NCBI GenBank assembly: GCA_964016885.1
Contig: OZ024741.1
Location: forward strand, 395,808,001-395,872,000
Direction: 5' to 3'
From: Eledone cirrhosa
Taxonomy: Eukaryota
Length of the DNA stretch: 64,000 bases
Every line of letters begins with the position of its first letter. Position 1 is the first letter of the stretch. The position numbers and the translations under genes were made by a program. This document shows, one piece after another, positions 1 to 15,165 of the stretch. A model generated the notes under the pieces. It did not search any database. It saw nothing but the letters and a program-made list of their open reading frames with translations, and was not told where the DNA came from.

Positions 1-3000
1 AAGCTTACTCCATTACAGTTTACTTTACAAATAGTCCCTCTTTCAAGAAGGTGAGTATTTTAAAAAGAGATTTAAAGCATCTTTCTATTTGCTTACTTGT
101 AGACAAATGTTTTGTCTATTTATTTTAAATACATTATTAAATATATATATTGTTGTTATTTATCTATGTCTAGGGAATAATATAGTTATTATTTCCTACA
201 GAAATACTTTCAAATATCCCAGTGATATATAATTTAATTTAAATAAAACTGTCCATAAATCATAGATTAATAAATAATTTTCCATTGTCTCTATTCTATT
301 ACTAGTGATGAATCACTAAATATTTGATTCATATTATATTTTCACACCATATAATATATTTTGTAATGGAGCTACATTATTCTTATGTAATCATCAATTT
401 TATCTGTAGATGATAAAACCTGATGCCGTTGCTAATATTCCGGTTGGTAATGATACAGTCGAGACCATCATTGTCGGGCTTATCAAAGCAGATAGGCAAC
501 TATCCGTACAAGCCGAAATGAATGTTTACGAATGTGAAAGTGTAAAAACGACCACAGTTGAAAAGACAACAACAATGTCGACAGTAGCAACATCAGCGAA
601 AATCACGTCTGCCACTCCAACAATTACTACGAAACCTATTGTGTCTACAACGATGCCACCAACAACACAAAAAAGCACATATTCCATTGCTACAACTACA
701 CCTATTTTATCTACATCTATACCACCATCTGTAGGTACGTACATATCATGTTATCTTTCTTTTGTTCATTTTACACCTTCTTCCCAATATATTCTTTGAA
801 AAACGACAGTTTACAATTTCTCATTCACTGAATCAGAAACATCTCTATATAGGCAGATACTCATGTTTTCTCTCATGGTTTTCTTTAAACATGGGACATT
901 AGAATTCATACTACACCTCAATAATATCATAATGTTAAACTATATTACATGTCACAAAGTAATAGAATAATGTCAATGATTGCATATATTACATTATGAA
1001 TTCCATATCAACTAGGAAACCTGATTCCGTAACCACTTAGTATTACGTGATATTGTTAATTTCATTACTGATTGCAAGATTTCTTTTTCTTTTAAACACA
1101 GTAACAACGACCTCACCACAATGTGTCATGGCTGATATAATGAGTTATATAGATGCTGCAGATATTCAAGTATCAAGTTCGAAATCTGGTCGTCCTACCA
1201 GTGATGTACTTCCGGGAGATGAAATATGGACGTCGACAAAAACTGACACATTTCCAAAGATTACATTATCTTTTATATCCAACCCTCGTCAAATACAACA
1301 ACTGAAACTCAGTAAATTAAACAACGTCAAAGCTTACTCCATTACAGTTTACTTTACAAATAGTCCCTCTTTCAAGAAGGTGAGTATTTTAAAAGAGATT
1401 TAAAGCATCTTTCTATTTGCTTACTTGTAGACAAATGTTTTGTCTATTTATTTTAAATACATTATTAAATATATATATTGTTGTTATTTATCTATGTCTA
1501 GGGAATAATATAGTTATTATTTCCTACAGAAATACTTTCAAATATCCCAGTGATATATAATTTAATTTAAATAAAACTGTCCATAAATCATAGATTAATA
1601 AATAATTTTCCATTGTCTCTATTCTATTACTAGTGATGAATCAGTAAATATTTGATTCATATTATATTTTCACACCATATAATATATTTTGTAATGGAGC
1701 TACATTATTCTTATGTAATCATCAATTTTATCTGTAGATGATAAAACCTGATGCCGTTGCTAATATTCCGGTTGGTAATGATACAGTCGAGACCATCATT
1801 GTCGGGCTTATCAAAGCAGATAGGCAACTATCCGTACAAGCCGAAATGAATGTTTACGAATGTGAAAGTGTAAAAACGACCACAGTTGAAAAGACAACAA
1901 CAATGTCGACAGTAGCAACATCAGCGAAAATCACGTCTACCACTCCAACAATTACTACGAAACCTATTGTGTCTACAACGATGCCACCAACAACACAAAA
2001 AAGCACATATTCCATTGCTACAACTACACCTATTTTATCTACATCTATACCACCATCTGTAGGTACGTACATATCATGTTATCTTTCTTTTGTTCATTTT
2101 ACACCTTCTTCCCAATATATTCTTTGAAAAACGACAGTTTACAATTTCTCATTCACTGAATCAGAAACATCTCTATATAGGCAGATACTCATGTTTTCTC
2201 TCATGGTTTTCTTTAAACATGGGACATTAGAATTCATACTACACCTCAATAATATCATAATGTTAAACTATATTATATGTCACAAAGTAATAGAATAATG
2301 TCAATGATTGCATATATTACATTATGAATTCCATAACAACTAGGAAACCTGATTCCGTAACCACTTAGTATTACGTGATATTGTTAATTTCATTACTGAT
2401 TGCAAGATTTCTTTTTCTTTTAAACACAGTAACAACGACCTCACCACAATGTGTCATGGCTGATATAATGAGTTATATAGATGCTGCAGATATTCAAGTA
2501 TCAAGTTCGAAATCTGGTCGTCCTACCAGTGATGTACTTCCGGGAGATGAAATATGGACGTCGACAAAAACTGACACATTTCCAAAGATTACATTATCTT
2601 TTATATCCAACCCTCGTCAAATACAACAACTGAAACTCAGTAAATTAAACAACGTCAAAGCTTACTCCATTACAGTTTACTTTACAAATAGTCCCTCTTT
2701 CAAGAAGGTGAGTATTTTAAAAAGAGATTTAAAGCATCTTTCTATTTGCTTACTTGTAGACAAATGTTTTGTCTATTTATTTTAAATACATTATTAAATA
2801 TATATATTGTTGTTATTTATCTATGTCTAGGGAATAATATAGTTATTATTTCCTACAGAAATACTTTCAAATATCCCAGTGATATATAATTTAATTTAAA
2901 TAAAACTGTCCATAAATCATAGATTAATAAATAATTTTCCATTGTCTCTATTCTATTACTAGTGATGAATCAGTAAATATTTGATTCATATTATATTTTC

Positions 3001-6000
3001 ACACCATATAATATATTTTGTAATGGAGCTACATTATTCTTATGTAATCATCAATTTTATCTGTAGATGATAAAACCTGATGCCGTTGCTAATATTCCGG
3101 TTGGTAATGATACAGTCGAGACCATCATTGTCGGGCTTATCAAAGCAGATAGGCAACTATCCGTACAAGCCGAAATGAATGTTTACGAATGTGAAAGTGT
3201 AAAAACGACCACAGTTGAAAAGACAACAACAATGTCGACAGTAGCAACATCAGCGAAAATCACGTCTGCCACTCCAACAATTACTACGAAACCTATTGTG
3301 TCTACAACGATGCCACCAACAACACAAAAAAGCACATATTCCATTGCTACAACTACACCTATTTTATCTACATCTATACCACCATCTGTAGGTACGTACA
3401 TATCATGTTATCTTTCTTTTGTTCATTTTACACCTTCTTCCCAATATATTCTTTGAAAAACGACAGTTTACAATTTCTCATTCACTGAATCAGAAACATC
3501 TCTATATAGGCAGATACTCATGTTTTCTCTCATGGTTTTCTTTAAACATGGGACATTAGAATTCATACTACACCTCAATAATATCATAATGTTAAACTAT
3601 ATTACATGTCACAAAGTAATAGAATAATGTCAATGATTGCATATATTACATTATGAATTCCATATCAACTAGGAAACCTGATTCCGTAACCACTTAGTAT
3701 TACGTGATATTGTTAATTTCATTACTGATTGCAAGATTTCTTTTTCTTTTAAACACAGTAACAACGACCTCACCACAATGTGTCATGGCTGATATAATGA
3801 GTTATATAGATGCTGCAGATATTCAAGTATCAAGTTCGAAATCTGGTCGTCCTACCAGTGATGTACTTCCGGGAGATGAAATATGGACGTCGACAAAAAC
3901 TGACACATTTCCAAAGATTACATTATCTTTTATATCCAACCCTCGTCAAATACAACAACTGAAACTCAGTAAATTAAACAACGTCAAAGCTTACTCCATT
4001 ACAGTTTACTTTACAAATAGTCCCTCTTTCAAGAAGGTGAGTATTTTAAAAAGAGATTTAAAGCATCTTTCTATTTGCTTACTTGTAGACAAATGTTTTG
4101 TCTATTTATTTTAAATACATTATTAAATATATATATTGTTGTTATTTATCTATGTCTAGGGAATAATATAGTTATTATTTCCTACAGAAATACTTTCAAA
4201 TATCCCAGTGATATATAATTTAATTTAAATAAAACTGTCCATAAATCATAGATTAATAAATAATTTTCCATTGTCTCTATTCTATTACTAGTGATGAATC
4301 AGTAAATATTTGATTCATATTATATTTTCACACCATATAATATATTTTGTAATGGAGCTACATTATTCTTATGTAATCATCAATTTTATCTGTAGATGAT
4401 AAAACCTGATGCCGTTGCTAATATTCCGGTTGGTAATGATACAGTCGAGACCATCATTGTCGGGCTTATCAAAGCAGATAGGCAACTATCCGTACAAGCC
4501 GAAATGAATGTTTACGAATGTGAAAGTGTAAAAACGACCACAGTTGAAAAGACAACAACAATGTCGACAGTAGCAACATCAGCGAAAATCACGTCTACCA
4601 CTCCAACAATTACTACGAAACCTATTGTGTCTACAACGATGCCACCAACAACACAAAAAAGCACATATTCCATTGCTACAACTACACCTATTTTATCTAC
4701 ATCTATACCACCATCTGTAGGTACGTACATATCATGTTATCTTTCTTTTGTTCATTTTACACCTTCTTCCCAATATATTCTTTGAAAAACGACAGTTTAC
4801 AATTTCTCATTCACTGAATCAGAAACATCTCTATATAGGCAGATACTCATGTTTTCTCTCATGGTTTTCTTTAAACATGGGACATTAGAATTCATACTAC
4901 ACCTCAATAATATCATAATGTTAAACTATATTACATGTCACAAAGTAATAGAATAATGTCAATGATTGCATATATTACATTATGAATTCCATATCAACTA
5001 GGAAACCTGATTCCGTAACCACTTAGTATTACGTGATATTGTTAATTTCATTACTGATTGCAAGATTTCTTTTTCTTTTAAACACAGTAACAACGACCTC
5101 ACCACAATGTGTCATGGCTGATATAATGAGTTATATAGATGCTGCAGATATTCAAGTATCAAGTTCGAAATCTGGTCGTCCTACCAGTGATGTACTTCCG
5201 GGAGATGAAATATGGACGTCGACAAAAACTGACACATTTCCAAAGATTACATTATCTTTTATATCCAACCCTCGTCAAATACAACAACTGAAACTCAGTA
5301 AATTAAACAACGTCAAAGCTTACTCCATTACAGTTTACTTTACAAATAGTCCCTCTTTCAAGAAGGTGAGTATTTTAAAAAGAGATTTAAAGCATCTTTC
5401 TATTTGCTTACTTGTAGACAAATGTTTTGTCTATTTATTTTAAATACATTATTAAATATATATATTGTTGTTATTTATCTATGTCTAGGGAATAATATAG
5501 TTATTATTTCCTACAGAAATACTTTCAAATATCCCAGTGATATATAATTTAATTTAAATAAAACTGTCCATAAATCATAGATTAATAAATAATTTTCCAT
5601 TGTCTCTATTCTATTACTAGTGATGAATCAGTAAATATTTGATTCATATTATATTTTCACACCATATAATATATTTTGTAATGGAGCTACATTATTCTTA
5701 TGTAATCATCAATTTTATCTGTAGATGATAAAACCTGATGCCGTTGCTAATATTCCGGTTGGTAATGATACAGTCGAGACCATCATTGTCGGGCTTATCA
5801 AAGCAGATAGGCAACTATCCGTACAAGCCGAAATGAATGTTTACGAATGTGAAAGTGTAAAAACGACCACAGTTGAAAAGACAACAACAATGTCGACAGT
5901 AGCAACATCAGCGAAAATCACGTCTGCCACTCCAACAATTACTACGAAACCTATTGTGTCTACAACGATGCCACCAACAACACAAAAAAGCACATATTCC

Positions 6001-9000
6001 ATTGCTACAACTACACCTATTTTATCTACATCTATACCACCATCTGTAGGTACGTACATATCATGTTATCTTTCTTTTGTTCATTTTACACCTTCTTCCC
6101 AATATATTCTTTGAAAAACGACAGTTTACTATTTCTCATTCACTGAATCAGAAACATCTCTATATAGGCAGATACTCATGTTTTCTCTCATGGTTTTCTT
6201 TAAACATGGGACATTAGAATTCATACTACACCTCAATAATATCATAATGTTAAACTATATTATATGTCACAAAGTAATAGAATAATGTCAATGATTGCAT
6301 ATATTACATTATGAATTCCATAACAACTAGGAAACCTGATTCCGTAACCACTTAGTATTACGTGATATTGTTAATTTCATTACTGATTGCAAGATTTCTT
6401 TTTCTTTTAAACACAGTAACAACGACCTCACCACAATGTGTCATGGCTGATATAATGAGTTATATAGATGCTGCAGATATTCAAGTATCAAGTTCGAAAT
6501 CTGGTCGTCCTACCAGTGATGTACTTCCGGGAGATGAAATATGGACGTCGACAAAAACTGACACATTTCCAAAGATTACATTATCTTTTATATCCAACCC
6601 TCGTCAAATACAACAACTGAAACTCAGTAAATTAAACAACGTCAAAGCTTACTCCATTACAGTTTACTTTACAAATAGTCCCTCTTTCAAGAAGGTGAGT
6701 ATTTTAAAAAGAGATTTAAAGCATCTTTCTATTTGCTTACTTGTAGACAAATGTTTTGTCTATTTATTTTAAATACATTATTAAATATATATATTGTTGT
6801 TATTTATCTATGTCTAGGGAATAATATAGTTATTATTTCCTACAGAAATACTTTCAAATATCCCAGTGATATATAATTTAATTTAAATAAAACTGTCCAT
6901 AAATCATAGATTAATAAATAATTTTCCATTGTCTCTATTCTATTACTAGTGATGAATCACTAAATATTTGATTCATATTATATTTTCACACCATATAATA
7001 TATTTTGTAATGGAGCTACATTATTCTTATGTAATCATCAATTTTATCTGTAGATGATAAAACCTGATGCCGTTGCTAATATTCCGGTTGGTAATGATAC
7101 AGTCGAGACCATCATTGTCGGGCTTATCAAAGCAGATAGGCAACTATCCGTACAAGCCGAAATGAATGTTTACGAATGTGAAAGTGTAAAAACGACCACA
7201 GTTGAAAAGACAACAACAATGTCGACAGTAGCAACATCAGCGAAAATCACGTCTACCACTCCAACAATTACTACGAAACCTATTGTGTCTACAACGATGC
7301 CACCAACAACACAAAAAAGCACATATTCCATTGCTACAACTACACCTATTTTATCTACATCTATACCACCATCTGTAGGTACGTACATATCATGTTATCT
7401 TTCTTTTGTTCATTTTACACCTTCTTCCCAATATATTCTTTGAAAAACGACAGTTTACAATTTCTCATTCACTGAATCAGAAACATCTCTATATAGGCAG
7501 ATACTCATGTTTTCTCTCATGGTTTTCTTTAAACATGGGACATTAGAATTCATACTACACCTCAATAATATCATAATGTTAAACTATATTACATGTCACA
7601 AAGTAATAGAATAATGTCAATGATTGCATATATTACATTATGAATTCCATATCAACTAGGAAACCTGATTCCGTAACCACTTAGTATTACGTGATATTGT
7701 TAATTTCATTACTGATTGCAAGATTTCTTTTTCTTTTAAACACAGTAACAACGACCTCACCACAATGTGTCATGGCTGATATAATGAGTTATATAGATGC
7801 TGCAGATATTCAAGTATCAAGTTCGAAATCTGGTCGTCCTACCAGTGATGTACTTCCGGGAGATGAAATATGGACGTCGACAAAAACTGACACATTTCCA
7901 AAGATTACATTATCTTTTATATCCAACCCTCGTCAAATACAACAACTGAAACTCAGTAAATTAAACAACGTCAAAGCTTACTCCATTACAGTTTACTTTA
8001 CAAATAGTCCCTCTTTCAAGAAGGTGAGTATTTTAAAAAGAGATTTAAAGCATCTTTCTATTTGCTTACTTGTAGACAAATGTTTTGTCTATTTATTTTA
8101 AATACATTATTAAATATATATATTGTTGTTATTTATCTATGTCTATGGAATAATATAGTTATTATTTCCTACAGAAATACTTTCAAATATCCCAGTGATA
8201 TATAATTTAATTTAAATAAAACTGTCCATAAATCATAGATTAATAAATAATTTTCCATTGTCTCTATTCTATTACTAGTGATGAATCAGTAAATATTTGA
8301 TTCATATTATATTTTCACACCATATAATATATTTTGTAATGGAGCTACATTATTCTTATGTAATCATCAATTTTATCTGTAGATGATAAAACCTGATGCC
8401 GTTGCTAATATTCCGGTTGGTAATGATACAGTCGAGACCATCATTGTCGGGCTTATCAAAGCAGATAGGCAACTATCCGTACAAGCCGAAATGAATGTTT
8501 ACGAATGTGAAAGTGTAAAAACGACCACAGTTGAAAAGACAACAACAATGTCGACAGTAGCAACATCAGCGAAAATCACGTCTACCACTCCAACAATTAC
8601 TACGAAACCTATTGTGTCTACAACGATGCCACCAACAACACAAAAAAGCACATATTCCATTGCTACAACTACACCTATTTTATCTACATCTATACCACCA
8701 TCTGTAGGTACGTACATATCATGTTATCTTTCTTTTGTTCATTTTACACCTTCTTCCCAATATATTCTTTGAAAAACGACAGTTTACAATTTCTCATTCA
8801 CTGAATCAGAAACATCTCTATATAGGCAGATACTCATGTTTTCTCTCATGGTTTTCTTTAAACATGGGACATTAGAATTCATACTACACCTCAATAATAT
8901 CATAATGTTAAACTATATTACATGTCACAAAGTAATAGAATAATGTCAATGATTGCATATATTACATTATGAATTCCATATCAACTAGGAAACCTGATTC

Positions 9001-12000
9001 CGTAACCACTTAGTATTACGTGATATTGTTAATTTCATTACTGATTGCAAGATTTCTTTTTCTTTTAAACACAGTAACAACGACCTCACCACAATGTGTC
9101 ATGGCTGATATAATGAGTTATATAGATGCTGCAGATATTCAAGTATCAAGTTCGAAATCTGGTCGTCCTACCAGTGATGTACTTCCGGGAGATGAAATAT
9201 GGACGTCGACAAAAACTGACACATTTCCAAAGATTACATTATCTTTTATATCCAACCCTCGTCAAATACAACAACTGAAACTCAGTAAATTAAACAACGT
9301 CAAAGCTTACTCCATTACAGTTTACTTTACAAATAGTCCCTCTTTCAAGAAGGTGAGTATTTTAAAAGAGATTTAAAGCATCTTTCTATTTGCTTACTTG
9401 TAGACAAATGTTTTGTCTATTTATTTTAAATACATTATTAAATATATATATTGTTGTTATTTATCTATGTCTAGGGAATAATATAGTTATTATTTCCTAC
9501 AGAAATACTTTCAAATATCCCAGTGATATATAATTTAATTTAAATAAAACTGTCCATAAATCATAGATTAATAAATAATTTTCCATTGTCTCTATTCTAT
9601 TACTAGTGATGAATCAGTAAATATTTGATTCATATTATATTTTCACACCATATAATATATTTTGTAATGGAGCTACATTATTCTTATGTAATCATCAATT
9701 TTATCTGTAGATGATAAAACCTGATGCCGTTGCTAATATTCCGGTTGGTAATGATACAGTCGAGACCATCATTGTCGGGCTTATCAAAGCAGATAGGCAA
9801 CTATCCGTACAAGCCGAAATGAATGTTTACGAATGTGAAAGTGTAAAAACGACCACAGTTGAAAAGACAACAACAATGTCGACAGTAGCAACATCAGCGA
9901 AAATCACGTCTGCCACTCCAACAATTACTACGAAACCTATTGTGTCTACAACGATGCCACCAACAACACAAAAAAGCACATATTCCATTGCTACAACTAC
10001 ACCTATTTTATCTACATCTATACCACCATCTGTAGGTACGTACATATCATGTTATCTTTCTTTTGTTCATTTTACACCTTCTTCCCAATATATTCTTTGA
10101 AAAACGACAGTTTACAATTTCTCATTCACTGAATCAGAAACATCTCTATATAGGCAGATACTCATGTTTTCTCTCATGGTTTTCTTTAAACATGGGACAT
10201 TAGAATTCATACTACACCTCAATAATATCATAATGTTAAACTATATTACATGTCACAAAGTAATAGAATAATGTCAATGATTGCATATATTACATTATGA
10301 ATTCCATATCAACTAGGAAACCTGATTCCGTAACCACTTAGTATTACGTGATATTGTTAATTTCATTACTGATTGCAAGATTTCTTTTTCTTTTAAACAC
10401 AGTAACAACGACCTCACCACAATGTGTCATGGCTGATATAATGAGTTATATAGATGCTGCAGATATTCAAGTATCAAGTTCGAAATCTGGTCGTCCTACC
10501 AGTGATGTACTTCCGGGAGATGAAATATGGACGTCGACAAAAACTGACACATTTCCAAAGATTACATTATCTTTTATATCCAACCCTCGTCAAATACAAC
10601 AACTGAAACTCAGTAAATTAAACAACGTCAAAGCTTACTCCATTACAGTTTACTTTACAAATAGTCCCTCTTTCAAGAAGGTGAGTATTTTAAAAAGAGA
10701 TTTAAAGCATCTTTCTATTTGCTTACTTGTAGACAAATGTTTTGTCTATTTATTTTAAATACATTATTAAATATATATATTGTTGTTATTTATCTATGTC
10801 TAGGGAATAATATAGTTATTATTTCCTACAGAAATACTTTCAAATATCCCAGTGATATATAATTTAATTTAAATAAAACTGTCCATAAATCATAGATTAA
10901 TAAATAATTTTCCATTGTCTCTATTCTATTACTAGTGATGAATCAGTAAATATTTGATTCATATTATATTTTCACACCATATAATATATTTTGTAATGGA
11001 GCTACATTATTCTTATGTAATCATCAATTTTATCTGTAGATGATAAAACCTGATGCCGTTGCTAATATTCCGGTTGGTAATGATACAGTCGAGACCATCA
11101 TTGTCGGGCTTATCAAAGCAGATAGGCAACTATCCGTACAAGCCGAAATGAATGTTTACGAATGTGAAAGTGTAAAAACGACCACAGTTGAAAAGACAAC
11201 AACAATGTCGACAGCAGCAACATCAGCGAAAATCACGTCTACCACTCCAACAATTACTACGAAACCTATTGTGTCTACAACGATGCCACCAACAACACAA
11301 AAAAGCACATATTCCATTGCTACAACTACACCTATTTTATCTACATCTATACCACCATCTGTAGGTACGTACATATCATGTTATCTTTCTTTTGTTCATT
11401 TTACACCTTCTTCCCAATATATTCTTTGAAAAACGACAGTTTACAATTTCTCATTCACTGAATCAGAAACATCTCTATATAGGCAGATACTCATGTTTTC
11501 TCTCATGGTCTTCTTTAAACATGGGACATTAGAATTCATAATTGTTTCTACTTTAGGCACAAGGCCACCAATTACTCAGTGCATTACTGGTACTTTATTT
11601 TATCGACCCCGTAAGGATGAAAGGCAAAGTCAACCGCGGCGGGATTTGAACTCAGATCGTAAAGGGACGTAACTATGCTGGAAAGCATGGCGTCCGACCC
11701 TCTACCGATACTGCCAATCCACCACACCTCAATAATATCATAATGTTAAACTATATGTCACAAAGTAATAGAATAATGTCAATGATTGCATATATTACAT
11801 TATGAATTCCATAACAACTAGGAAACCATGGCTGATATAATGTATTATAAAGATGCTGCAGATATTAGTTCTATTCGTGGTGTTAGCCATGCCCGTAGTT
11901 TTTGTTGTCGTTACATATTGGTTATATATTTGCGGAGCAAAATAAGAATTGTGTTTACCTTACCGCAGTTCACGCGCAAAGAGGATTATTTTAGTAAAAG

Positions 12001-15000
12001 AAGCGGGGAAAGTGTCGGTTTGGGCGGAAGTTGAAAATAAATATCCGTACACGGATCACACTTGACTTTACTTAGCCAAATCACGAATGGACAGGGTATA
12101 AATGTGCCAAAGGAAAGTAACTTTCTACACATTCTAAAACAAATATAAATAGATGATACATGAAGAGAAGCATCGGTGCTTGACGCCTCATCAATGGGGT
12201 TCATTTATTATGGAATGTAAGGAGAACGCTTGCAGAAGTTTCTGTGGCAGAGGACGAAGATTTATTGCCGAAAATATGATTATAAATGCAGATGAAATTT
12301 TAGGAAAGATAGAGTTAACTACAGAGTTGAAAAGAAGATAACATATCTGTTAGGAATGAGAATACATGGTCAATTTGAATGAGATACACAAGATCCCAGA
12401 TATGAAACAAATACTGTGGGCTTTACAAAGCGATGTGAATGATGTCACAGAAAGCATTACAATTTCAGTGTAAAATCAAGATCTTGCTACCAATTCGGTG
12501 AAGTATAACATCTACAAATCTTCTGACACTCATAAATAATGTTGAAAATGTGAAAATAATGTTGAAAATAATGTTGAAAATGTAACTCACTTGGTAAGTG
12601 GATATGACAGCCTTATGCAAATAGAATACAAGTTGTATCTTCACTGGCTTTTGTATCGTAAATACCAATACAAAGTAATAGAGAATTGGTATGAGCATGT
12701 GCGATGTAAAGTAGTGCAAGAGTGTAGGAAAGCAATGATATTCATGTATTGTGGTTTTCAGACTGATAGATGAATTGAGCATCGCCGACCGGATATTGTC
12801 GTATTGAACAAGGAAAACAAATAGTCAGATCATTGATGTAGCCATACCAAATAACACGAAGAGTAAATCGCTAAGTATTCCTAAATGAAAATAGAGATGG
12901 CAAGATTGTTTGGAATGCAAGAAGGTATTGTGAAAGTGATCCCAGTTAAGAATAAGATATTAAGGTCAATCACATTGAAACTTCAAGACTTCTTAAAGGT
13001 GTTGGAAATATTATGCAAGTGAGAATTGCAACAACTGTGTCAACAGCAATAACACTAACCATGTTAGGGCTGCGCACGGTAGTGGGGTGGCTGGTGCGGC
13101 CATGTGCGAGAAAGTGCTAAGAAATGCCAGTTGAAGGAAGACATAGGAGAGGAAGACCACGAAAAACATGGGCAGAGGTAGTGAGAGAAGACCTCCGATC
13201 GCTGAAGCTCACGGTGGAGAGGACGAAGGACCGTGACAAGTGGAGAGATGCTGAATAGGACCCGTCTCATACTTGCAAGCAGGGAAAAGCGGATGTAAAA
13301 TGATGATGATGATGGTGTCATTCAAGCATCAGCTTTTCTAGGTGCTGCATACATTTTAAGGAAAATACTATCTGTTTGAAGTCCTGTTCGTGACTTGACA
13401 AATGACTAAATACAATGACAGTGTAGCAAAGTTATGATGATGTTGATGTTGATGTTGATAATTTCTTTATTTACGGCACAGGGTGATACAATGTAGAGAT
13501 TTTGTCGTGAAGAAAATGTTTAACAAAAGCAACAAACGTAAAAAAAACGTAAGAAAAGAAAATTCCCCAATGGAGGGAAACTTCCATGGGTCACTTGTGG
13601 AGAAAGCCCACAAAATGCCACGATCACCCTGACCGCTTGGGCATGTCTCCCTTCTCAGCTGTCCTCCCTCATCTACATGCATATAATTAGAGCAGGCCCA
13701 TTCACTCGGTTATTTTTGTTTTTGTTTCTGTAATAGTCCTCGCCGCCGCGGTCGTCGTCATGGTGACAGTGTATTTGTTCGGTTTGCTTTATTTAGTTGT
13801 TCTTGTGAATTTGGTGTTAATTTTTTAAAGGCTGGAAGTTCGCCTCGTAATTTTCCTTTGCAGAGAAGGAGGAGTTGTTGTTGTTGCTGTTGCTGTTGCT
13901 GCTGTTACAACAGTGGTGGCGTTGGTGAACAGCCAGCCATTCTGTCTTTCGGAACGGAAAGACCACTTGTGATGAATACAGCAGAGGAATGTTTGTCTGT
14001 CGTCCACCATCTTATTTTTAAAAGCATTGAGGTGCGTGTTTGGTAAACAAACACAGGTTTATCCCCTATTGGCTACAGGTTGAAAACATTAACCAGCTTC
14101 CGAGAATAGTTCAACTATGAAACAATATCAAATTTTCAACAAAATAGATTGGAATAACAACAATCTTACAAGAGTGATATGCAATATGTGTCGACAAACG
14201 AACGAAGCAGTCTGCACAAATATGTGTTTGAGACTAGGGAGCCGATGCTCAAAGTTGTACTGAAGGAGAAGACAATAGACCAGGGGATGTCCAAGGAGGA
14301 AGTAACAACAAAGAGGAAAAGCAGCCTTCCTGAAAAATCCCTTCATAGCACCTTTTTTAAGACAACGGAATTCAGAGGTCCACAGACATGGAGTTAGTTA
14401 AAAAGAGGAGACCTTAAAAATGCTACAGAAGGAATGCTAATGGCTGCACAAGAACAAGCTCTCAGAACGAAGTGGGTGGGTAAAACACCATATCGACAAG
14501 ATGGAGGCTAGCTCCCTCTGTAGGATCTGGGAAGAGAGAGGAGACTGTGGCTCATATCGTATCCGAATGTAAACACTTAACTTAGTCCAGACTCACTATA
14601 AAGGATGGAGGCACGATATAATAGGAAAGATGATTCACTGGCATTTATGCAAACTAAATAATTTACCACATTCTGAGAAGTGGTATGAACATAAGCCAGA
14701 GTCGGTGATAGAAAACGATCAAGTGAAGGTGCTATGGAATTTTAGGATAGAGACGGATAAGAAACTGGAACACAATAGGCCTGACCTGGTGGTTTTGGAC
14801 AAGGAAAAAAGATCGTGTCTGATTGTAGATGTAGCCTGTCCATTTGACACGAGAGTGCAAGAAAAGGAGAAAATTACCCGATACTAGGATTTAAAGTGGG
14901 AATTTAAAAAGGATTTGGAACTGTCATACTATCTCGGAGAGTTTTCAAGGATGGTTAAAGAACATTAGTCCAGCCCCGTTATTTGGAACACTTCAAAAGG

Positions 15001-15124
15001 CATGCTTGCTAGGAACAGCAAGAACCCTCCGATACGTCCTGAATATATGAGGCTGCAGGTAGTGGCTTGATATTCATTTGAACAAATTTTCTAGTGAAAT
15101 AACATCAATGACTGAGACTGCAAA

Positions 15125-15165
<41 letters not shown>

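Larger units (their letters stand above)
1..11540 (+). repeat. Tandem array of a 1328-1329 bp two-exon/two-intron cassette (9 copies of exon A, 8 full plus 1 partial exon B)
   Basis: Exon A starts at 410, 1738, 3067, 4396, 5725, 7054, 8383, 9711, 11040 (325 nt each). Exon B starts at 1102, 2430, 3759, 5088, 6417, 7746, 9075, 10403 (278 nt each); partial copy at 1-50. Units differ by only a few SNPs or 1-nt indels. Confidence 0.97.

Noticed and set aside
526-744. Repeated 72-aa Val-rich minus-strand ORF
   Set aside because: Antisense shadow of the Thr-rich exon A.
1047-1403. Stand-alone secreted protein with signal peptide MILLISLL..
   Set aside because: The start is GTG in intron; the hydrophobic stretch is the pyrimidine tract before the acceptor at 1101.
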